This document shows, piece after piece, positions 24,345 to 32,957 of a stretch of DNA of 45,449 nt. A model generated the notes under the pieces. That model was not told where the DNA came from, made no database searches, and saw nothing but the letters and a program-made list of their open reading frames with translations. Location of the stretch: positions 1 to 45,449 of the IMG/VR virus record IMGVR_UViG_3300010047_000002, one strand, 5' to 3'. Source of the DNA: a virus (lineage: Duplodnaviria > Caudoviricetes). The position numbers and the translations under genes were made by a program. Position 1 is the first letter of the stretch. Every line of letters begins with the position of its first letter.

Positions 24345-25229
24345 TTAGCCGCTATTGCAGTTTCCATCGTTGCCTCCTTGGCTCGGCTTGAACTTGCCTT
24401 CCGCGATCATGCGTGCCGTATAGGTGCCGATGCTTTCGCTGGTGTCGCGGATGGTGGTGGTGTTGGCGGGACTGCCAAGCCGGCTGGTCGACTTAGAGTA
24501 GTAGCTGCCATCAATGAGCTTATTGAATGAGCTCGCGCGCAGCACGAAGTCCAGGTTGGCGCGAAAACCGCTATCGTTCTCTCCGCGCAGGAACGGGCTC
24601 GCTTTGAGATTGTCGAGCGCTCGGTGCCAACCGGTGAGGCCACCGTGCTCCCTGAGGCGCGCCTTGAGGAGCTGCCGGCGCGATGGTGTGAGCGTTGAGG
24701 CTTGGGGAAGACCGAGTTGGAGGGCAAGTGAGTTGTAGCTAGTGAAGGCTTCCAGGGCTTCTAGATCATGGTTGTGTTCGTGTTCTTTGTTATACAGTGC
24801 GCCCTTTTCCGTCCCGGGGGTGTGCCCATCGTGCGCCTCCGGCGTGCCCTGCTCTTGCACCCAGCGCTGATATCTTGCGTAATTCAGGATGGTTATGATC
24901 TGCGCGCGTGTGCCCTCCTGGTGCCTGAGGGCGACCATCTCAGCGTGCTCTAGTCGGCCCAGGAAAGTGCGCACGGCTTTGTGCGACCAAGCCCAATCAT
25001 GCGCGAGGGCTCGGATGCTGCCGTAGAGCTCGCCGCGCCGGAGCTCGCCCGCGCCTTCCTGGAGCCAACAGGCGTGCGAGATTAACCATTGCCAGGCTTC
25101 GAAACGGCTATAGCGTCCGCCGCTGCCGCCATTGCCGGCGCCAACGATTGGATGCTTGAACATCGCGTGAGAAACAGCGAACCAGCCGTTGACGCCGAGG
25201 CCGCTTGCGTCGTATCTACGCGGACGCAT
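24345..25229 (-). CDS. Replication initiator (lambda O/DnaD-like), 294 aa
   Basis: AAGGAG SD; SRFEAWQWL, LAHDWAWS, ITILNYARYQ, SPFLRGEND and NLDFVLR motifs. Confidence 0.8.
   Translation of the reverse strand: MRPRRYDASGLGVNGWFAVSHAMFKHPIVGAGNGGSGGRYSRFEAWQWLISHACWLQEGAGELRRGELYGSIRALAHDWAWSHKAVRTFLGRLEHAEMVALRHQEGTRAQIITILNYARYQRWVQEQGTPEAHDGHTPGTEKGALYNKEHEHNHDLEALEAFTSYNSLALQLGLPQASTLTPSRRQLLKARLREHGGLTGWHRALDNLKASPFLRGENDSGFRANLDFVLRASSFNKLIDGSYYSKSTSRLGSPANTTTIRDTSESIGTYTARMIAEGKFKPSQGGNDGNCNSG
24797..24916. repeat. Candidate replication-origin iterons
   Basis: GYGYGCCCW copies at 24797, 24820, 24842 and 24908 (first three ~22-23 bp apart), next to an AT-richer tract at ~24770-24796, in the middle of the initiator gene. 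Confidence 0.5.
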
Positions 25230-25322
25230 AAAAGCTCCTTTCGGTTGAGACTTTGTGTTCCCTTCTTTGACTTCCCCTCCACTGCAACGGCGCGGCCACA
25301 AACCGCGCCGTCTCCTTGTGCC

Positions 25323-26177
25323 TCACATCAGGCCTGGCACCGGATAGCTTTGCCGGGGGGAAGCTGGGATGCGCAAAAAAGCTCTCAGGCAGTGCACTTC
25401 GCAGTAGGGCAAGCCAGCAACGCGGGGCTGTCCGCAATAGAGCGGCGCGTGATTGGCCACCGCTTCTGAGGCCTCGCCCACCGGCCAGCGGCAGTGCTTG
25501 CTCTGAAGCTCGTCGTGGCTGATCCGGGCGATATCCCGCGCCGGCCGCACAGAGAACACCACCAATGGCGGCTTTTTCGGCGTGGCCCCAACGGTGGTGC
25601 AGGCCTTGCGCGCGTGACGGTTTCGCTTGGCCTGCGCCTGCTGCTCCAGCTTGTGCTGTGGCTTTTTCCGATTCGGATCGTTGCGTAGCCGGCGGTGCAT
25701 CATGCCGATCACCGCATTCCTGCTGACGCCGAGCTGATCGCCAATCCAACGCGCCGATTTGCGCTCGCGCCACCAAGTCTTGGCTTGTTCGACGGTGGCC
25801 TGGCTCCAGTCGGACTTGCTGCGGCCATGAAAGCCCGGGCGCACCACCGCGCGCTGCTCCGGCGTCATGAAGCGCCAACCCAACTTGTTGGCATGGAAAC
25901 GACAGCCGTGCGCGCCACGTTTGAGAACCGCGCTCGCCTCGTACATGGTCGCACCCTCGGCGAGTAGCGCGTAGAGGCGCGCGTCCTCCTCCTCGGTCCA
26001 CGGTTGGAAGCGCGGGTGGTCCTTGAATTTGACGCCGAGCAAGCGCGCCCGCTTCACAGTGCCGTCGTAACTGCGGCCTAATCTTTCGGCCGCCACAGTG
26101 CGGCTGATGCCGAGCGCCGCGTATCTTTGTAAGGCCTTGTCCTGCGCATCTGTCCATAACGGTGGGAGCCAACCCAT
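25323..26177 (-). CDS. gcrA: GcrA-family regulator with three N-terminal HTH repeats, 284 aa
   Basis: LGVSRNAVIG and CRWPVG...YCG...PYCEVH signature motifs. Confidence 0.85.
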   Translation of the reverse strand: MGWLPPLWTDAQDKALQRYAALGISRTVAAERLGRSYDGTVKRARLLGVKFKDHPRFQPWTEEEDARLYALLAEGATMYEASAVLKRGAHGCRFHANKLGWRFMTPEQRAVVRPGFHGRSKSDWSQATVEQAKTWWRERKSARWIGDQLGVSRNAVIGMMHRRLRNDPNRKKPQHKLEQQAQAKRNRHARKACTTVGATPKKPPLVVFSVRPARDIARISHDELQSKHCRWPVGEASEAVANHAPLYCGQPRVAGLPYCEVHCLRAFLRIPASPRQSYPVPGLM

Positions 26178-26265
26178 CGCCTAACCCCAACGTGCCCCGC
26201 TGCACGAGCATGCCCAACCTCCCAAGCGCGTGTGGCTCTTTGCACGCGCCAGCCGTGATTTGGTC

Positions 26266-26532
26266 TTAGGCAGTCGGCTGAACGTCGACTGCGCGTTTCT
26301 TGCGAGTTGGGCGCTGCCTTCGCCGCTTGCGCTTGTCACTCATGGCGATCAAGTCCGTGGGACTGACCCGGATCTTGCGTCGCCTAGCCGCCTTCAGCAG
26401 TCGCTGCCAATGATGCGGGTGCACAAACGAGCGCCCGTACATTGCCGCCGCAGCCTCGTAACCGATGCGCAATTCTTCAGCGAAAGCTGCTCGGTCGGGC
26501 CATTGTTCGATGAGCTCCCGAAAGGTTCGCAC
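26266..26532 (-). CDS. cro: Cro-like HTH protein, 88 aa
   Basis: Divergent from cI; GTG start with a GAGGAG SD; FRELIEQWP...FAEEL. Confidence 0.7.
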   Translation of the reverse strand: MRTFRELIEQWPDRAAFAEELRIGYEAAAAMYGRSFVHPHHWQRLLKAARRRKIRVSPTDLIAMSDKRKRRRQRPTRKKRAVDVQPTA

Positions 26533-26561
26533 TGGCGTGCTCCTCGGTTGCCCTCATGCAT

Positions 26562-26575
26562 GTACAGATTGTGCT
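26562..26575. promoter_or_regulatory. Candidate repressor operator GYAC-N5-GTGC
   Basis: gtacagattgtgct matches gtactgtttgtgct at 27420-27433 at 12/14 positions; a weaker copy lies at 27376-27388. Confidence 0.4.
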
Positions 26576-26585
26576 TCCCGAACAA

Positions 26586-26615
26586 AGCCTAGGCAGGGTA
26601 CAGCGGACTTGTCAA
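26586..26615 (-). promoter_or_regulatory. Candidate sigma70 promoter for the cro operon
   Basis: TTGACA-18 nt-TAGGCT on the minus strand. Confidence 0.5.
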
Positions 26616-26664
26616 TGCCGGGCGAACAGGTGACACTAGCGCTCCAGGTGGGGAGCGCCCGGAC

Positions 26665-27333
26665 ATGAGCACACTTGCAGCAAGACTAAAGCGCGCGCGC
26701 AAAGAGGCTGGCTTCGATACCGCGACTGAGGCCGCCGAGAAGTGCGACTGGAACCCCAACACGTATCGCTCGATTGAAAACGGGACGCGCGGTCCTGGTT
26801 TCGAAAATGTGATCGAGTACGCAGATACGTTTAACGTGCGACTTGATTGGTTAATGACCGGGCGCGGGCCGATGCGCCGAGGAACAACTAGGCAGGTCCC
26901 GATATTTCAGTTAAGTGACATTCTCGGTCGTACCAAATCGTACGGTCCCAACTCAGTGATAATCAGGGGGGATGCCAGAGGGTATATTTCCGTGCCCGAG
27001 GAACAAGGTGTTACGCGGCATACCCGCGCCTTTGTCGTCGTCGACAGGAGCATGGTTGATCCCAGCGGCTCCGAACACTCCATCTACCCCGACGACCTCG
27101 TCGGCATCGAGCTCGGCGCCCAAGCCTACGCTGGCTGCGTCGTGCTGGCCGAGGTCAAAGGCGAGTTCGTCTTCCGCAAGGTGCAGATCAGGCGCACGAG
27201 CGAGAGCGGCAAGCCCACCCAGGTCGCCCTGGTGCCACTCAATTCCGACTACGCCACCGAGATCGTACCCGCCCACGCTATGGTCGGCGTCAAGCTTTGG
27301 CTGCAGCGGCGCGACCGCCGCCCCTCCTCTTAA
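26665..27333 (+). CDS. cI: CI-like repressor (XRE HTH plus S24-like domain), 222 aa
   Basis: RLKRAR...IENGTRG...WLMTGRG; DRSM...IYPDD...LVPLNSDY. Confidence 0.9.
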   Translation: MSTLAARLKRARKEAGFDTATEAAEKCDWNPNTYRSIENGTRGPGFENVIEYADTFNVRLDWLMTGRGPMRRGTTRQVPIFQLSDILGRTKSYGPNSVIIRGDARGYISVPEEQGVTRHTRAFVVVDRSMVDPSGSEHSIYPDDLVGIELGAQAYAGCVVLAEVKGEFVFRKVQIRRTSESGKPTQVALVPLNSDYATEIVPAHAMVGVKLWLQRRDRRPSS

Positions 27334-27464
27334 CCAAAGTCGGCTAACCCCTACGCCTAAATAACAGTGCGCGTAGCACTGGCTGCGCCCTGGCATATTG
27401 CGCCTAAATTGTGCGCGCAGTACTGTTTGTGCTCATCAACAAGCACGCAAAGGGGTACAGCATC

Positions 27465-27719
27465 ATGCCGGATCTGACCGTCGTGCAGGGTGGCAAGAAG
27501 TCTGACGAAGAGCTCAACCTCGAATACGCGCAACGCCGAGGTATCAGCGAGCTCAACAAACTCCAAAGAGAGCTCGGCCTTGAGATCGATGAGGTGCACT
27601 CGCTGCGCGCGCGCCACCGCGTGCTGCACACCATGCTGCACCTGATCGAGGTGCACGGCAGCGAGACTGCCGCGCGCTTGCTGCGCCAGGAGCTCGAATA
27701 TCTGGAGGGTTTGCTATGA
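27465..27719 (+). CDS. Hypothetical protein, 84 aa
   Basis: First gene of the rightward early operon; LTVVQGGK motif. Confidence 0.65.
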   Translation: MPDLTVVQGGKKSDEELNLEYAQRRGISELNKLQRELGLEIDEVHSLRARHRVLHTMLHLIEVHGSETAARLLRQELEYLEGLL

Positions 27720-28567
27720 CCACCGACATCGTCAAGAAGACGGAGAAGGCGCCCGCCACGAGCGATACCGCCGCGCTGATTGAGGCTATCACCAAGGCGT
27801 CGCGCGATCCCAAGGTCAACATCGACAAGATGCAATTCCTGCTCGACACCAGGCGCGCCATGCTGGACGAGGAGGCGCTGGTGGAATGGCGCGACGCCAT
27901 GACGGCAGCCCAGGCCGAGATGCGGCCCATCAACAAGGATCTCGCCAACCCGCAGACGCGCAGCCGCTACTCCTCGCTCGCCGCGCTCGATACCGCCATT
28001 CGCCCGATCTACTCCTCGCACGGTTTTGCGGTGACGTTCGACACCGAACCATGGGAGGGCAAGCCCGAGCACATCCTGGTGGTCGCCTATGCCGAGCGCA
28101 GCCGGCACAGCCGGCGCTACCAGATCCCCATGCCCGCCGACGGGAAGGGACCGCAGGGTCGCGATGTGATGTCGAAGACGCACGCCACCGGCTCGGCCGT
28201 TAGCTATGGCCGGCGCTATCTGCTGTGCATGATTTTCAACTTGATCACCGCCGACGACGACGGCAACCGCGCCAGTGGCTATCACGGGCCGCCAGGTGAT
28301 CGGGCTGACAATTACGTTGAGCCGCGCGCCGAGCACACGCGCCAGGCCATGGGGCAAGCGAAGACCAAAGATGATCCGCCCCCGGCCATCGATGAGAAGG
28401 AGCTCGCCGAGCTCAAGAAGCTGATGGTGAAAGCCGGCGTCGCGCTGACGGGCGAGCAAGCCATTTGTGAGTTTTTCAGCGTCGAGAGCTTGCAGGATCT
28501 CAACCTCGACCAATTCGAAGACGCCTGCCGGCAACTACGCGCCCGCGCCAAGGAGCCCAAGCCATGA
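27716..28567 (+). CDS. erf: ERF-family ssDNA annealing protein, 283 aa
   Basis: GSAVSYGRRYLL...DDDG signature. Confidence 0.9.
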   Translation: MTTDIVKKTEKAPATSDTAALIEAITKASRDPKVNIDKMQFLLDTRRAMLDEEALVEWRDAMTAAQAEMRPINKDLANPQTRSRYSSLAALDTAIRPIYSSHGFAVTFDTEPWEGKPEHILVVAYAERSRHSRRYQIPMPADGKGPQGRDVMSKTHATGSAVSYGRRYLLCMIFNLITADDDGNRASGYHGPPGDRADNYVEPRAEHTRQAMGQAKTKDDPPPAIDEKELAELKKLMVKAGVALTGEQAICEFFSVESLQDLNLDQFEDACRQLRARAKEPKP

Positions 28568-29259
28568 TCACTGAAGAGGAGCGCGCCTATGCCCTCGCGC
28601 TGGAGCAGAACACGCCGGAATGGCTGCAGTACAAAGTCGGCAAGGTCAGCGCCTCCAAGATCTCCGACATCACCGCCAAGCTCCGCAACGGCATCCCGAG
28701 CGCGAGTCGGGCGACCTACCTGGGCGAGCTCATCGCCGAGCGGCTGACGGAGGTGCGCACCGACAACGTGCGCGTCACCCCGGCGATGGAGTGGGGCACG
28801 GCGATGGAGCCGGTGGCGCGCAAGGCCTATCAGTTCCACGCGATGGCGCTGGTGCAGCGCGTGGGCTGCGTATTGCATCCCTTCATCGACGGTGCGCTAT
28901 GCAGCCCCGATGGTCTCCTCGCACCCAATGGCATGGTCGAGATCAAATGCCCCAATACCAACACGCACGTTGATTTTGTCTTGGGTGCCGCCATTCCCTC
29001 CCGTTACCTGCAGCAAATGCAATGGCAACTGGCGTGCACGGGACGGCAATGGGTCGACTACGTCTCATTCGATCCGAGGCTGCCGGAGCACCTGCGGCTC
29101 TGGGTGCAGCGCGTCCCGCGCGACAACGAGATGATCGATCTCCTGGAGTGGGAGGTCAAATCCTTCCTGTACGACCTGGAGCAGCGCCTCGCCGCGCTCG
29201 GCAAGATCGACGCTACCGAGGTGGCCTATCAGACCCGCCAGGCCGAGGTCGCCGCATGA
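28564..29259 (+). CDS. YqaJ/lambda-type exonuclease, 231 aa
   Basis: QNTPEW, SAS, MEWG, SPDG, EIKCP and QMQWQ motifs. Confidence 0.92.
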   Translation: MITEEERAYALALEQNTPEWLQYKVGKVSASKISDITAKLRNGIPSASRATYLGELIAERLTEVRTDNVRVTPAMEWGTAMEPVARKAYQFHAMALVQRVGCVLHPFIDGALCSPDGLLAPNGMVEIKCPNTNTHVDFVLGAAIPSRYLQQMQWQLACTGRQWVDYVSFDPRLPEHLRLWVQRVPRDNEMIDLLEWEVKSFLYDLEQRLAALGKIDATEVAYQTRQAEVAA

Positions 29260-29597
29260 ACCAGCCCATCTCCGAACAGTTTCGCCTCGTCGCCAAGGCA
29301 TGGGCGGACGCGGAGAGCGCCGCCCACCTGTTGGAGGAAACCAAGACGACGGTGCTGGAGCAGAGAAAAACTAAGCTGATCGAGGCGAGCGCCGCCAAGG
29401 TGAGCGAGGCGGCGGCCGAGCGCCTGGTTAAGTCCAGCAAGGAGTGGGCGGAGTTTGTGCACGGGATGTGCCGGGCGCGCAGCAAGGCAAACCTACTCAA
29501 GGTTAAGATGCGATATGTGGAAATGCGGCACCGGGAGTGGATCGGCCACAACGCCGATGCGCGCCAGGAGATGCGGCTGGGGGTGGTCGATCCATGA
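29256..29597 (+). CDS. Helical hypothetical protein, 113 aa
   Basis: ATGA-coupled to the exonuclease; WADAESAAHLLEETK. Confidence 0.75.
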   Translation: MNQPISEQFRLVAKAWADAESAAHLLEETKTTVLEQRKTKLIEASAAKVSEAAAERLVKSSKEWAEFVHGMCRARSKANLLKVKMRYVEMRHREWIGHNADARQEMRLGVVDP

Positions 29598-29728
29598 TCA
29601 TGCTGGATGTTAGCGGGCCCCTGCTTTTCGCTGGGCTATTCGTGGCCAACCTGCTGGTGGCCCTCCTTGCCCTCGGCATCGTGCATGGCCTGGAGGCCTT
29701 CCACAGGCGCCGGAACCGGCGACCGTGA
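29594..29728 (+). CDS. Small membrane protein, 44 aa
   Basis: Coupled at both ends; one hydrophobic segment and a basic tail. Confidence 0.55.
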   Translation: MIMLDVSGPLLFAGLFVANLLVALLALGIVHGLEAFHRRRNRRP

Positions 29729-29907
29729 CCACGGGGCACCGCATCAAGGTTAAGCACTACCGGCTCGACAAAGCCGGGCGCCTGGTGCGCACAAACTATC
29801 ACAAGGATGTATCGGCCAGGCTGCGGGAGCGCGGCAGTAAAAAGGTCCGCGTGGTCAAACCGAACAATGCTATGAGTACAGGGCGAAGGCAACGAAAGGA
29901 GACGTAA
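29725..29907 (+). CDS. Small basic protein, 60 aa
   Basis: GTGA-coupled. Confidence 0.5.
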   Translation: MTTGHRIKVKHYRLDKAGRLVRTNYHKDVSARLRERGSKKVRVVKPNNAMSTGRRQRKET

Positions 29908-29908
29908 G

Positions 29909-30343
29909 ATGTGGCAATCATTACTACGCAAGAGCGGATACGACCCCGCCAAAGTAAGAGACGGGACAACCAAGCTTGAGGCCGGCGAGGTCACGCGCCA
30001 GGATCTCAATGGCAGCATCGTGGGCGACCCCTGCAATTGCTGTGGCGCGAAATTAATAAGACGTACACTGAATGCGGAGATGGCTTGGGTCGGCGCTGAG
30101 TTTGCGATCGTTGTGTACAACAAAAACCGGATACTCCGTTATCGGCATAACGGCGGCATCCCATCGCGATTCGACCAGGGGTTCTTTCCTCTCGGTGTGC
30201 CGCTGCGCCTGAACCCGCCGGCCAAGTATGAGAAGCTTGGTAGCGCACGGCATCAAGAGAACCGCAGCAAGGTCCCGCCCGAGAAGCGCAAGGTGCCCTT
30301 CAAGAACCGGTTCCCGAGCATCGTTGGGCAGTTCCGGCGCTGA
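29909..30343 (+). CDS. Hypothetical protein, 144 aa (paralogue of 23634..24329)
   Basis: AAGGAG SD; VT...C...LRY...FDQG motif. Confidence 0.7.
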   Translation: MWQSLLRKSGYDPAKVRDGTTKLEAGEVTRQDLNGSIVGDPCNCCGAKLIRRTLNAEMAWVGAEFAIVVYNKNRILRYRHNGGIPSRFDQGFFPLGVPLRLNPPAKYEKLGSARHQENRSKVPPEKRKVPFKNRFPSIVGQFRR

Positions 30344-30426
30344 ACCTGGAACTGCGGCAAAATCGTGATTTGTCAGTGGGGAGAAGACTTAACCTCTTGG
30401 AGATGAGGGAGAAAGCGCGTGGCGAA

Positions 30427-30729
30427 ATGGACACGGCTACTCCTTATTCTGTGAGCATGTTGGCAAAACGCTGGAACTGCTCGCGGTCACATATACGTAA
30501 TCTGGTCAATGCGGGCCGGCTCCAGCACTTCAGGATAGGCCACTTGGTCCGCATACCAGCACACGAGGTGGAAAGATGGGAAGCGCAGTCGAATACACAG
30601 TCGGGGGTCGAACCTACCGCATCGGCAACCTCACCGGCAGAAAGTGCGTCACCTGGTGGGAAGGGACCGAACGTAAACGTTTTAGATTTAGTCCGGAGAT
30701 CAACGATGCGAACGTCGTCGAAGCCTTGA
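30427..30729 (+). CDS. xis: Excisionase (HTH_17-type), ~100 aa
   Basis: YSVSMLAKRW...GRLQHFRIGHLVRIP; overlaps the int 5' end. Confidence 0.8.
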   Translation: MDTATPYSVSMLAKRWNCSRSHIRNLVNAGRLQHFRIGHLVRIPAHEVERWEAQSNTQSGVEPTASATSPAESASPGGKGPNVNVLDLVRRSTMRTSSKP

Positions 30730-31682
30730 TGAAATTCATCAAGGGGCACACGTTGGCGGAGGAGATCGCGAGCCCAGCCGCACGCGTGGCCACGTGCGGC
30801 ATCCTGATGGCCGACTACATTGCCGAGCGCAAGGCCGACGGCAAACCGGTTGTGAAGCAGGAGGCCAGTTGGAAGGCGCTCAAACCCTACTTCGAGAACG
30901 TCATGCCCGAGCACATCACCAAGGAGATGTGCAAGCAGTTCGACAAGGACCGCCAGGCAGCCGGGCGCAAGCCCGCCACCGTCTGGGGCGATCTGGGCGT
31001 GCTCAACGCTGCCCTCGGTCTGGCGGTCAAGAGCAAGAAGCTAACCAAGGACGCCAGGCCGCATATTTGGATGCCTGAGACCCCCGCGATTAAGGACCGC
31101 TGGTGCACCCGGGAGGAGGTCGACCGCCTCCTGGCGGCCACGCTCAGCCCGCACATGCGCCTCTTCGTCGAGCTCGCCGTCGGCACCGCCGGCCGGCACC
31201 AGGCGATCCTGGAGCTGGAGTGGACCAAGGTTGATTTCGAGCTGCGCCAGATCGATCTCCGATCGCCCCGGCAGACCAAGAACAAGCGCCGCGCCCTAGT
31301 GCCGATGACGGAGACCTTGTTCGTGCTGCTGACCGAGGCCAAGCGCGCCGCCACTACGCGCTATGTGATCGAGTACAAGGGGGAGAAAGTCGGGCGCGTG
31401 CACAAGTCCTTTACGCGGGCGGCCGAGCGCGCCGGCCTTAAGGGGGTGACGCCCCACACCCTGCGCCACACCTCGGCGGTCTGGATGGCGGCGGCCCGCA
31501 TCCCTATGTCGCAAATATCACAGTACCTGGGCCACACCTCCACCACCATCACCGAGCGCGTCTATGCGCGCTACCACCCAGACCACCTCCGTGATGCGGC
31601 GGCAGCGCTGGAGACGCGCCCCACCGTGCGCATGAATGGCATGGGTCACAACGGCGGCCCGCCGCTGCGCGATGCGGCCTAG
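30576..31682 (+). CDS. int: Tyrosine integrase, 368 aa
   Basis: TAGR, HTLRH, LGH and VYA catalytic motifs. Confidence 0.95.
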   Translation: MGSAVEYTVGGRTYRIGNLTGRKCVTWWEGTERKRFRFSPEINDANVVEALMKFIKGHTLAEEIASPAARVATCGILMADYIAERKADGKPVVKQEASWKALKPYFENVMPEHITKEMCKQFDKDRQAAGRKPATVWGDLGVLNAALGLAVKSKKLTKDARPHIWMPETPAIKDRWCTREEVDRLLAATLSPHMRLFVELAVGTAGRHQAILELEWTKVDFELRQIDLRSPRQTKNKRRALVPMTETLFVLLTEAKRAATTRYVIEYKGEKVGRVHKSFTRAAERAGLKGVTPHTLRHTSAVWMAAARIPMSQISQYLGHTSTTITERVYARYHPDHLRDAAAALETRPTVRMNGMGHNGGPPLRDAA

Positions 31683-31944
31683 GTTCAATGAACCTGTGAC
31701 CCCTCCTTTTTTTGGTGAACCTGTGACCCCTCCCGTATCCGAGGAGGGGTCTAGGTTCGGTGAACCTGACCAGTTAGGCGGGATGGGCCATAGGTTCAAT
31801 TTGCGCGAAATCCGTGCGCAAATTGCTCGATTTATCAAGCATTTAGCAGACGGAGCCTGGGTTCACACGGGGTGGGCCACGTCAATGATATCAATAACTT
31901 ACGGCGCTGGCGCAGGTTCAACGAACCTCGGCGCCGCTGAACCT
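31681..31944. other. attP region: arm-type repeats, two IHF sites, TTCACAC core
   Basis: AGGTTC/GAACCT motifs at 31681, 31689, 31716, 31753, 31761, 31792, 31914, 31922 and 31938; WATCAANNNNTTR at 31833-31845 and 31889-31901; TTCACAC at 31862-31868. Confidence 0.75.
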
Positions 31945-31945
31945 A

Positions 31946-32020
31946 GGGCGGTTAGCTCAGCGAGAGAGCGTGCGCTTCACACGCGCGAGGTCGCAGGTTT
32001 GATCCCTGCACCGCCCACCA
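31946..32020 (+). tRNA. tRNA-Val (anticodon CAC) with encoded CCA
   Basis: Acceptor stem GGGCGGT/ACCGCCC; D-stem GCTC/GAGC; anticodon stem TGCGC/GCGCG with loop TTCACAC; T-stem GCAGG/CCTGC. Confidence 0.9.
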
Positions 32021-32101
32021 ACCACCTGTACTCAGGGCACAGATCAGAGTAGCTTCACCCTTGCCGGCGCCTCGCGGTTCACTCTGGGGCTGGAGACTAA
32101 A

Positions 32102-32389
32102 ATGCAACAAGCCAACCACCCAAAGCGCGGGAGGACATTCTGGTATTACAGCCCGCGCGGCTTCGCCAACGAGTACGAGGTCGGCATCGCCAACAACGAG
32201 ATCTACGCCAAGGCGTACAAGGATCACGGGTTCGAGCGTATCGACCGGGAGCGTGCCATTCGCGAGCTCACCTACCGGGGGGACGAGGCCACCCAGGCCT
32301 ACGTGACCGTGACCGTGAACGGCGACACGCAATCCAAGTATGCCCGGTTCGAGCTCGCCCGCATCGTCCGGCAGGGAGGGTTGATCTGA
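32102..32389 (+). CDS. Hypothetical protein, 95 aa
   Basis: GGAG SD; SPRGFANE motif. Confidence 0.7.
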   Translation: MQQANHPKRGRTFWYYSPRGFANEYEVGIANNEIYAKAYKDHGFERIDRERAIRELTYRGDEATQAYVTVTVNGDTQSKYARFELARIVRQGGLI

Positions 32390-32634
32390 TGGGCATCTAC
32401 AAAGTGCGCACCAGCGACGGCTGCCGGTTCCGGATGCGGTACACCCCGGACCATCCCGAGCTCCCCATCATGGTTGACCACCGCAGCGATGGGGACTGGG
32501 AGGAGGGCGCGCGCTGGATCACCACCCCCTATCAGTCCTGCGAGGCGCGCGACGGCAACCACGCCGCCGAGCTCGTGCAGGAGTATTCCGGGGATGACCT
32601 GACCTGGGTGAAATCCGTCGAGAGGATCGATTGA
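32389..32634 (+). CDS. Hypothetical protein, 81 aa
   Basis: TGATG-coupled with a GGAGG SD. Confidence 0.65.
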   Translation: MGIYKVRTSDGCRFRMRYTPDHPELPIMVDHRSDGDWEEGARWITTPYQSCEARDGNHAAELVQEYSGDDLTWVKSVERID

Positions 32635-32957
32635 TGGCTACCATCGTCAAGACCCGTCAGCACTACCTGACCATGCTTGAAAACAACAAAGGCGCCAGCG
32701 TGGGGCACACGCTGGCGGCCTACATGATTATCTCCGGCCCGTACAGGATGGTGCTGGCCGAGAGCGTGCTGGATGAGTGGCGGGCGATCTCGCGCCGCCT
32801 TAAGCGTCAGTATGGGGAGCTGCTAACGCCTGATGAGGTGCGGTTAGAGATGGGGTTCGAGGCGGCGACGCAATTGTCCAAACATGCTGTGCGTGACATC
32901 GAGACCAGAGATCTTGACGATTGGATCTACGGTCACTGGTGCCGCGATCACGAGTAA
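32634..32957 (+). CDS. Hypothetical protein, 107 aa
   Basis: TGATG-coupled with a GAGGA SD. Confidence 0.6.
   Translation: MATIVKTRQHYLTMLENNKGASVGHTLAAYMIISGPYRMVLAESVLDEWRAISRRLKRQYGELLTPDEVRLEMGFEAATQLSKHAVRDIETRDLDDWIYGHWCRDHE

Noticed and set aside
31689-31733. CRISPR-like repeat tgaacctgtgacccctcc (two copies)
   Set aside because: Only two 18-bp copies 9 nt apart and no cas genes; better explained as integrase arm sites.
31946-32020. tRNA pseudogene or att remnant
   Set aside because: It is full length with intact stems and CCA, and the two loop deviations compensate each other.
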